Source of the DNA: Candidatus Jordarchaeia archaeon
Lineage (GTDB): Archaea; Asgardarchaeota; Jordiarchaeia; Jordiarchaeales; Jordiarchaeaceae
Reading direction: 5' to 3'
Length of the DNA stretch: 17,212 nucleotides
NCBI GenBank assembly: GCA_029856435.1
Contig: JAHQXB010000048.1
Location: forward strand, 1-17,212
Positions 9,092 to 16,345 of the stretch are shown piece by piece. Numbering within the stretch: the first letter of the stretch is position 1; the number at the start of each line of letters is the position of its first letter. Both the position numbers and the translations under genes were made by a program. The notes below the pieces were generated by a model. That model was not told where the DNA came from and did no database searches. It saw only the letters and a program-made list of their open reading frames with translations.

Positions 9092-10212
9092 ATGCCTATA
9101 GAAGTTTTAACCAAGCCTAGGAGTATACTTCTTAAGAGGAATTATGCTGATGGTTGGTTTCTGGAAAAATACGCTATGAACATTTACCGGGGATGCCAAC
9201 ATGCCTGTGAATATTGCGATGGAAGGTCTGAAAGGTACTATTTGGATTTGGACATTGGAAGAAAGATTTACATAAAGGTTAACGCCCCCGAACTTGCGAA
9301 AAAAGAACTGAGAAACAAGGGATTGTGGCTGTAGGTGGAGGAATAGGGGATTCATACCAGCCCCCGGAAAAAAGGTATGAGGTAACCCGCAGGGTGCTTA
9401 AGGTAATAAAGGAATTAAATTTCCCCATTTTCATTCTAACCAAGTCCAGCCTAGTGGAGAGAGACATTGACCTAATCGAGGAAATAAACGGGCAAAACCT
9501 AGCCATAGTAGCCTTCTCCATCACCAGCCTTGAGGACGAAGTTTGGAAAACTTGGGAGCCCCGAGCCTCCCCACCAGAAGAAAGACTTAGTAATCGGAAA
9601 ATTTTCAAAAGGAATTCCAACAGGAGTGGTGATAATGCCCATCCTACCCTTCATTTCGGACAGCGCAGAATCCATTGAGAAACTCGTTTCCAGAGCCAAA
9701 ATGGAGGGAGCCAGCTTCATCGTTGCAGGAGGCTTAACGCTAAGAGACCGCAAGAAAAAATACTACTACTAAAAACTGCAGGAAAAATATCCAGAACTAA
9801 TCCCAAAATACAACCAGATATGCAGCGAACAAGGATACCACACAAACGAAGAATACAACCAAAAAATAAATAGCATTGTTCTACAAGCATGCAGAAAGTA
9901 TGAAATCCCCCTAAGAATCCCCCACAAACTTTTCCATGGAAAAATCCCAATCAAAGACGAGTGCTCACACGTACTCCAACAAATAGCATACCTCCTAGAC
10001 ATAACAGGAAAAAGAGGAAGCGCCTACCGAAAAGCCGCAAACCAAATCTATAAAACCACACATGACATAGCCAAACTCACAAAAGAAGGAAAAATAACCG
10101 AAATCTTCGCAGTAGGAGAAAAAATCGGAAAAATAATTCAAGAAATAATGAAAAAGGAGAAAGCCAATACTACCAAAAATTAATGAAATTAACCTATAGA
10201 GTTTCTCATTAA
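9092..10212 (+). pseudogene. Disrupted SplB/Rv2578c-like radical SAM protein with C-terminal PolX-type 8-kDa HhH domain
   Basis: CxxxCxxC (GCQHACEYC), GDSYQP, ILTKS, ERDIDL, EPRASPPEER, GIPTGVVIMPILPFISD, then AYRKAA...VGEKIGKIIQE. Continuity needs frame changes at ~9317 and ~9589, read-through of TAA 9770-9772, and probably a shift at ~10155 (giving KGESQYYQKL). Confidence 0.85.
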
Positions 10213-10388
10213 TTTTTTCCTAAACCTATCCTTGACCGGGGTTAATTTAAGGCTTCTTTTCCCAAAAGAGGCGGAAAAAACCATACTTTCTGGAAACGAA
10301 AAGGAAAAAATTAAATGGAAAGTCTATAACAGAAAATAAAAAGGTTAAACTAGGCCAAAAAAAGAGAAAAATATTCTTTCGTGTAATT

Positions 10389-11474
10389 TCAAGTTTTTCC
10401 CGATGTCATGTATACCGCGGTTGCAATGTCTTCTGCATCAACCATAGGAATCTGCCAATTAGGCTTGGCATAAGTCTCCTTAATCTTGCTAACCAGAGCA
10501 CTCTTATCCGATACCTTTAACCCCACAAGAGACTTCTCCATCTCTCCCAAGTAAGGCAACGGAGAACAATAGAAATCCCCTGAAATCATAACATCCCTTA
10601 TCACATCATTCTTATCACTCAAAACATGAGCCACTATAAGTTTCCGCGACTTGTACCTTGCCATATTCAACTTACAATCGCTCGGAATTTTCGCGAACCT
10701 CCTAGCACTCGAAACCCTAAAGTTATGCTCCTCAGACAACGCCACAGCCCTATTCCCATCATACGCCTTCTTTTCCTCCGGCGACAATTTCCCCTCAACA
10801 AACTTAACCTCCAACATGTCCTCGAAGGCCTCCACTACAGCATCCCTGAACTCCTCCTTAGAAGGCAACCTCCCAGTCTCTGACTCAACACTGGCAATAT
10901 ATTTTTTTACATCACTAATCTTCTTATCCTTCCACTTCTCCGGAGGAATCTTGGCAACCTGCAAAAACTTCTCCACATCCGGAGGCCCCAAACTGAAAAT
11001 AGTGTTCTGAACAGTTATGTTACCAATAGTTGCAAAACCAAAACCAGTAATCTTCTCAAAACCCACTTTGATATCGCCGATGTGATCATAGTATGCTCTT
11101 TTTACTCCTAATCTCCAGTAGGCTTGTGCTAGTGCTCCGCCGATTTGGCAGAATGCTTTGTCCATGTTGGGGTATCTGTCTGCGTTGAAGGCCATAAGCA
11201 TTGCCATTGATCCTTTGGGATCTATTAGTATTGTTCCTCCGCCTACTCCTAGTCTGCGTACGATTTCTACGTCTAGGTCTTGTGCTTTGGCTACGTCGAC
11301 TTCGCTGTCTATATCTTGGAAGAATCCTAGACTGATTCCGAGTTTTTTGAATCCTCCTATGAATATGGTGTTTGGTGCTCCCACCATTTTTCCGGTTATT
11401 AGTGCGGCGGGGTAGGCTACGGTGTCCGCCATGTCTCCTTCTGGATTGTAAATTAGTCTCCATTCTTCGACCAA
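10389..11474 (-). CDS. lplA: Lipoate-protein ligase A family protein with C-terminal domain
   Basis: EWRLI N-terminus, SLGFFQD, VRRLGVGGGT, catalytic-Lys region KITG, IPPEKWKDK, ISGDFY. The TTG at 11474 follows a GGAGGT RBS (ORF track starts at 11492). Confidence 0.85.
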   Translation of the reverse strand: MVEEWRLIYNPEGDMADTVAYPAALITGKMVGAPNTIFIGGFKKLGISLGFFQDIDSEVDVAKAQDLDVEIVRRLGVGGGTILIDPKGSMAMLMAFNADRYPNMDKAFCQIGGALAQAYWRLGVKRAYYDHIGDIKVGFEKITGFGFATIGNITVQNTIFSLGPPDVEKFLQVAKIPPEKWKDKKISDVKKYIASVESETGRLPSKEEFRDAVVEAFEDMLEVKFVEGKLSPEEKKAYDGNRAVALSEEHNFRVSSARRFAKIPSDCKLNMARYKSRKLIVAHVLSDKNDVIRDVMISGDFYCSPLPYLGEMEKSLVGLKVSDKSALVSKIKETYAKPNWQIPMVDAEDIATAVYMTSGKT

Positions 11475-11860
11475 AATTCTTACCTCCCACAAATTTTCAT
11501 ATACTTTTCAAGGTGTATTTTTTAATTATTAGTGTTATCAGATTATTTAAGCATTTGGATGGTGTTTGGTTCCGAAAAGCTTTACGCGACTTTTTATGAA
11601 GAGTAGGGTAACATATGATTTGTAATTTGTAATTTTTAATTGAAGGTTGAGGGGAATGTTATTTTTTAATTTAGAGAATGGAAAAATAGAGTGAAGAATG
11701 AAGGGAGGAGAAGACTAGTTATATTGAGGGCTTCGTTAGTGGAAGAGCTCATTTCAGTAGGTGTTTTGCTGCTCGCTTTTTGTTGGTTGTTAGGGGGCGT
11801 AAAAGGTTTCTGGTGTAGATTGTTTTTTGTATGGTGGTTTTGGTTGGTTAATGGGTGGGT

Positions 11861-11959
11861 TTTTGCGCTGTTCTCAAGTGGCAGTTTTTATTTTGATGGA
11901 TACGAATGATACCCTATACATTTACAGGTTTTGCGCTGTTCTTCAGTGGCAGTTTTTAT
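11861..11959. repeat. Two 31-bp direct repeats (29/31 identical) separated by a unique 37-bp spacer
   Basis: TTTTGCGCTGTTCTcaAGTGGCAGTTTTTAT (11861-11891) and TTTTGCGCTGTTCTtcAGTGGCAGTTTTTAT (11929-11959). Confidence 0.9.
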
Positions 11960-12343
11960 GTGAAAATTTTGTTGTGAAAGATGTGCAGGCAGGCGGGCTG
12001 TACCATTTACCACGAATAAAAAACAAGAATTTAGGAGTAAATATGGAGTATGGTTTTTTGGTTTCTTTTTGGGCGTTGGAATGTCTTTAAAAAGCCATCC
12101 AGCCGCCTAATTTAGCTCATTCCCGAATCCCTAAATGCGCTGTAGTCCTTTTAGGCTTCTTGTTTTTTTGTTGGTTGGTGATGCAGATTTATTCGGTTCC
12201 ATCTTCCTAATAAGGCTCCAAATCGTGAAAGAAGCCCTTTAAACACCCCTCTTTTTGGGGGGAAATCGAACGATTCTACATCATCTTTTGTTGGTTGTTA
12301 GTTAGGTTTTTTAGGGTTTTGTTCTCTAGTGATAATTAAAGAA

Positions 12344-12370
12344 TTTATAAAAAATATGTAATCTGGAGGA
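12344..12370 (+). promoter_or_regulatory. TATA box (TTTATAAA) and GGAGGA RBS upstream of the split membrane protein
   Basis: Motifs read directly at 12344-12351 and 12365-12370. Confidence 0.55.
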
Positions 12371-12387
12371 AAGCGATTTGTTCAGTT

Positions 12388-12729
12388 TTGGATTTCTTGT
12401 ATTCTCTGATTTGGTATGGTTACTTGATTGGTACCCTATTTTTTGCTGTTTCTGCTTACTTTTTATTGCGTTTCCGCGCGAAAAGGGGGGCAGCTATTTT
12501 TCATCTTTTCGCTGGTTATGTTTTGTATGGCTTGGCTGTGGTTGCAACTGCTTATGGGTACTATCAGCATGTGGAATATTTTGGTCTTCTTGTTATGGAT
12601 CTGATTCCTTTACAGTACATTGTAAGTCAGGTGACGCATATTTTCTATTTTGAGGAGCTTACCGGTATTCTTCTTCAATACTTTGTTTCTTATATTGCTC
12701 GTTTATTTTTAAGTGGAATATCTCTATGA
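12388..12729 (+). CDS. N-terminal part of a split multi-TM membrane protein
   Basis: Hydrophobic helices; T/G wobble bias supports this frame up to the stop; its TGA overlaps the next ATG (ATGATGA at 12726-12732). Confidence 0.7.
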   Translation: MDFLYSLIWYGYLIGTLFFAVSAYFLLRFRAKRGAAIFHLFAGYVLYGLAVVATAYGYYQHVEYFGLLVMDLIPLQYIVSQVTHIFYFEELTGILLQYFVSYIARLFLSGISL

Positions 12730-13163
12730 TGATTGTGGCTTTGGCGGACTTTTTCCTGTTTGCATTCACTGTTGAGACTTTTGCCCAGAAACGAAGATAC
12801 CTAGTGCCTTTTGGAATTGCTTCTGCTGCTATTATTGTGTTCCTTACATTTTTCTGGGATCCGCTGATTAACTGGGCCGCTGTGATGATTCTGAGCCTTG
12901 TGACATACTCTATCCTTGCTTACTTGTCTATTGGAGCTATGAGGTTGGCTAAGATGAGGAGTTACAAGTACGGTTTTGGATTAATAGCTTCGTCAAACAT
13001 ATTCCTCTCTCTGTTCTTCGTCTTTATGTCGGTGGATAGACTCACTGGAAGATGGACGCCCTTCCTATTCCTTGCATGGACGATATTGTTTATCGCATCG
13101 CTGCTCACATTTGTGGGGTACACTTTGCCTCCATGGTTCAAGAAACTTCTTGGAGAACCCTAA
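12726..13163 (+). CDS. C-terminal part of a split multi-TM (about 7 TM in total) membrane protein
   Basis: Four to five hydrophobic helices ending in GYTLPPWFKKLLG; continuous with the upstream ORF if one base is restored at ~12725. Confidence 0.75.
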   Translation: MMIVALADFFLFAFTVETFAQKRRYLVPFGIASAAIIVFLTFFWDPLINWAAVMILSLVTYSILAYLSIGAMRLAKMRSYKYGFGLIASSNIFLSLFFVFMSVDRLTGRWTPFLFLAWTILFIASLLTFVGYTLPPWFKKLLGEP

Positions 13164-13447
13164 CCACTATTTTTTATTTTATATGTGTGCATTCAGGAAT
13201 AAATTATTCATAGTTGGTTGGTGACAACTGCTGTGTCGACTTCAGATTGGAGTTGTTTTAAAAATTAAAATAGATATGGGGAGCATTTTTCAGAAGAGAT
13301 TGTATAGTATTAATCTTTTTGGCCAGAAGGAGCCTTGATAATGCTTATTTTCCTTTAAAGCCCAAACTTTTTTTCAGTGGAATTACTTCCCCAGACGGCA
13401 AGCCTGAAAGTGCCTAATAACTTTCATAGTAGTTTTGGGTGTTTGTT

Positions 13448-14467
13448 TTAGGTTGTGAACATTGCGGATGGTCGTAGTTCTTGTTCCATCACTCCTATTA
13501 GGGCCATGGACAGGTTTGCGCTTGCTATCATTTTTGATGGTTCGCCTAGGGGTCCTGCTGCTTTTTCGTAGTAGAATAGGGGTAGTATGGCGTCGAATTT
13601 GCCTTTTTGTCTGGTTAGAAGTATTAGTTGGTTGAATTCTAGGAATTTTTGTGTTATTACGTTTCTGATGTATGATTGGGGGGCCTGAACGAATGCTGCT
13701 TTTATTATTTCTGCGTTGTATATGACTTGTTGGGCGGCGTCGATTGTTTTGAGGTAGTCTCCTTCTTTGAATGCTTTCTCCATTACTGGCACGTAGTAGT
13801 TTGTTGTTTTTTGGAGTAGGAATTCCTCTTCGGGGTTGTTGACGTGTTCTGGCTGAACTGTGTTGAGGGTGTATTCTGCGGTTTGAATCATTCTGAAGGC
13901 GAAGTCCTTCATGGATTTCTTTAAATCTTCGGCTTTTTTTCCCTTCTCGTCGATGGCCTCAACAATTTTGGTGAAGTCTATGAAAACATTGCAGAGCTCT
14001 ATTGCTAGGCAGGCTTGGTAGAATAGTTCTGAGTCTACTTCCTCTCTAGCTCTTAGAATATTGACACTGGTTTCAGCGTCCCTCAAGTAGGTGTATGCGA
14101 ATAGTAACCATTCGAATCCTTGGTAGGACTTTATTTTTTCGTAGGTTTGGCCTAGTTGCATTTTGGCCGAGCTTAATTTCTCCTCAGCTTCCTCAATTTT
14201 GCTTTCCAAATCTTTTTTGACGCGACCTTCAATTTTGGCCCTTAAAACATTTAGTTGGACAATGTTTGTCAACAAACCAGATATTGAGAGTAAATTGTAT
14301 CCCTGTTCCAAGAGATATTCAATGGTTTGTTTATTTTTCAAAATGTCCATGTATAGCTCAATGGTTCTGTGAGAAAAATTCGCTTGTACGAGGAGGCTGA
14401 CTTCGTTGAACAGCTTTTCGTGCTTCTTCCTCTTTTCTTCAAGGAAGGGTTTTATCAGGCTATCCAT
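13448..14467 (-). CDS. Hypothetical all-alpha-helical protein
   Basis: 339-aa ORF with amphipathic and coiled-coil-like segments (KKDLESKIEEAEEKLSSAK) and strong codon bias; GGGAGAG RBS-like sequence upstream. Confidence 0.8.
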   Translation of the reverse strand: MDSLIKPFLEEKRKKHEKLFNEVSLLVQANFSHRTIELYMDILKNKQTIEYLLEQGYNLLSISGLLTNIVQLNVLRAKIEGRVKKDLESKIEEAEEKLSSAKMQLGQTYEKIKSYQGFEWLLFAYTYLRDAETSVNILRAREEVDSELFYQACLAIELCNVFIDFTKIVEAIDEKGKKAEDLKKSMKDFAFRMIQTAEYTLNTVQPEHVNNPEEEFLLQKTTNYYVPVMEKAFKEGDYLKTIDAAQQVIYNAEIIKAAFVQAPQSYIRNVITQKFLEFNQLILLTRQKGKFDAILPLFYYEKAAGPLGEPSKMIASANLSMALIGVMEQELRPSAMFTT

Positions 14468-14618
14468 AAGGGGAGAGTAGAACTCCTGTTTTCTTCCTTT
14501 AATTTCTGTTCCCTCACCATACTTTTGTAAGAGAATCCATGCAAAAAGGGGTTTTTAAAACTTTACTCCAAAAAAACCATAAACCCATATTTGGGTTAGG
14601 TTTTGGATTGTTCTACTG

Positions 14619-15638
14619 CTAATCTTCCGCTTCATCTCTCCTAGTTGGTTGATTGTCCTCTCCGCTGACTTCTATTGCGGAGAGTGTTTTGATTCTTTTG
14701 GCTACCTTCTGGACAAGGGTTTCTAAACTAGTTAATAATTCTTCGTCCTTGGGAATTTTCTTCTCCCTCTTAGGGGTGGCCTGTTTTTTCTGCTTCAAGG
14801 CTACCAGTGGCTTTTGTGGGGGAAGAATGGCGCTGGGCTCCACTATTGGTTCAATGGAGGCTTTCATTTTTAGTACATCAACTAAGCCATCTATTATCCG
14901 GTCAATTAGAATCTCAAAGAGGGCTCTTGAGCCCTCATTCATAATGGCTCTCAGAAATAGGAAAAATTCGCTATTCCCTATTCTTCTGAACCGCCACTCA
15001 TCTGTTCCAGCTTCATGTTTGATAGAGAGCTCCAGTTTGAGATTCACCGTGTTGGGTAAGCTTTTCAGAATTTTTAAGCATGCGTAGCGGGTGCTGAAAT
15101 CCGGTTTGGCTTCTTTTTCCCAGCTAGAAGCTATTCCTCCCTCCAGAGAGATGAGGTAGACATTCTGGAGGATAATATTTATCATGCGTCCTTCAGAAAG
15201 CCAGTTAATCTCTTTACTTATGTAGGATTGAAGCGCCCTAGGTACGGTTTTAATCTTAATAATTTTTTCTATTTTCTTTTTCAATTTAGCGTCCAGATCC
15301 AGAGTACCCTTCAAATCCTTTTCGAAATCTATCTCTTCCTCAAGTAAGCTGATTAATTGGTCCAATTTTTGGTACGTGAGTTCCCTGTTATCAGAGGCAT
15401 CGTGAATACAGACCCAGAGACCTTTACCTGTTTCTTTAAGTAAAAGTGAGTACAGTTCGAGTTCAATTTCACGGTGTATTTGCTCCCCACCAAAAATCTG
15501 GGAAAGAAACTTGTTTAAGGCCATCAACATGCCCGAAAAAAGAGTGAAATTAATACCCAAACCATCATCATACGCTACGTGTCCCATCCCATCTTGCGTG
15601 ACAATAAGTAGAGCATGAATCAAAGGAGAAAACCCCAC
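14619..15638 (-). CDS. Putative longin-domain protein (probably two longin-like repeats plus a Pro/Lys-rich tail)
   Basis: N-terminal IHALLIVTQDG...LFSGMLMALNKFLSQIFG...LLLKET..LWVCIHD..D...L.QL matches the beta-beta-alpha-beta-beta-beta-alpha pattern of archaeal longins; a second similar block starts at QNVYLISLEGG. Fold call is by eye. Confidence 0.65.
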   Translation of the reverse strand: MGFSPLIHALLIVTQDGMGHVAYDDGLGINFTLFSGMLMALNKFLSQIFGGEQIHREIELELYSLLLKETGKGLWVCIHDASDNRELTYQKLDQLISLLEEEIDFEKDLKGTLDLDAKLKKKIEKIIKIKTVPRALQSYISKEINWLSEGRMINIILQNVYLISLEGGIASSWEKEAKPDFSTRYACLKILKSLPNTVNLKLELSIKHEAGTDEWRFRRIGNSEFFLFLRAIMNEGSRALFEILIDRIIDGLVDVLKMKASIEPIVEPSAILPPQKPLVALKQKKQATPKREKKIPKDEELLTSLETLVQKVAKRIKTLSAIEVSGEDNQPTRRDEAED

Positions 15639-15682
15639 AAAACTAAATTTGTACGATGAAAATTCTTAAGAGCCAAAATCTA

Positions 15683-15705
15683 TTTATTTTTAGCGGAAAA
15701 ATAAA
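15683..15705. promoter_or_regulatory. Inverted repeat TTTATTTTT-AGCGG-AAAAATAAA in the divergent promoter between the longin and GTPase genes
   Basis: Perfect 9-bp arms read directly, centred in the ~100-bp intergenic region. Confidence 0.45.
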
Positions 15706-15742
15706 ATTATAGCAGTAGGCACTGTGAGTGAGGTTAACCCTC

Positions 15743-16288
15743 TTGAAAGAAAAGTACATATTTAAGGTGCTCTTACTTGGTAACGGCGGGGTGGGAAAAA
15801 CCACCATAAAACAGAGATACACTGAAGGATTGGTTGACCCCATATACCGCACAACCATAGGGGTTGATTTTGGACTCATTGACATAAAACACTCCCAACA
15901 GGAAATCTGGCTGCATTTCTGGGACATCGGAGGCCAGGACCAGTTTCGCGAAATTTCCGGCTCATTTTATAAGGGAGCTAAGGCCGCTGTATTAATGTTT
16001 GATGTTACCCAGCCTAAGACTCTTGAGGGCATCAATGAATGGTTAAAAATAATGAAGCAAGAAAACGTCGACGGTATTCCCAAAATAATAGTTGGAAATA
16101 AAATCGACATAAGGAAAATAGATAAAGGACATGTATCCACAGAACAAGCGAAAAAGTTTTGCGAAAAACTGGGAATAGGATATTTTGAAACCTCAGCCCT
16201 ACGCGGTGACGGCACAAAAGAACTACTCAAAGAACTGGTAAAAGTAATTGCAACCAAGTACCTGAACCCAAGTGAGAAAGCATCCTAG
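15743..16288 (+). CDS. Rab-like small GTPase (Ras superfamily)
   Basis: G1 GNGGVGKTT, G2/RabF1 TIGVDF, G3 WDIGGQDQF, FYKGA, MFDVT, G4 GNKID, G5 ETSAL; no C-terminal Cys. ORF track starts at 15728; TTG 15743 after GTGAGG preferred. Confidence 0.95.
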   Translation: MKEKYIFKVLLLGNGGVGKTTIKQRYTEGLVDPIYRTTIGVDFGLIDIKHSQQEIWLHFWDIGGQDQFREISGSFYKGAKAAVLMFDVTQPKTLEGINEWLKIMKQENVDGIPKIIVGNKIDIRKIDKGHVSTEQAKKFCEKLGIGYFETSALRGDGTKELLKELVKVIATKYLNPSEKAS

Positions 16289-16345
16289 AGCAAATAGACG
16301 TCTGACCATTAACTCCCAAAATAGTATTTTTAGAGGTAGGTATTC

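Noticed and set aside
10209-10314. 13-bp inverted repeat TTAATTTTTTCCT...AGGAAAAAATTAA resembling MITE ends with TTAA
   Set aside because: Low complexity and located between convergent genes, so two opposing T-tract terminators explain it; no second copy or transposase in the window.
9092-11474. Possible LipS-type lipoate synthesis link between the radical SAM gene and lplA
   Set aside because: The radical SAM gene is SplB-like with an HhH domain, is convergent with lplA, and is broken; adjacency looks incidental.
11691-12090. ORFs 11691-11909 and 11827-12090
   Set aside because: Composition driven by G/T skew (rich in F, W, C, V), overlapping the repeats, with no RBS or domain support.
12378-12653. 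91-aa Cys/Trp-rich ORF
   Set aside because: Out-of-frame shadow of the membrane protein; only its start codon may be relevant.
12726-12732. ATGATGA as a C/D-box C motif, or TGA as selenocysteine
   Set aside because: No matching box D or guide found, and the frame after the TGA TGA is non-coding-like and stops soon.
13375-13382. ORB-like TCAGTGGAA in the convergent intergenic region
   Set aside because: Single short match with no G-string and no cdc6 nearby.
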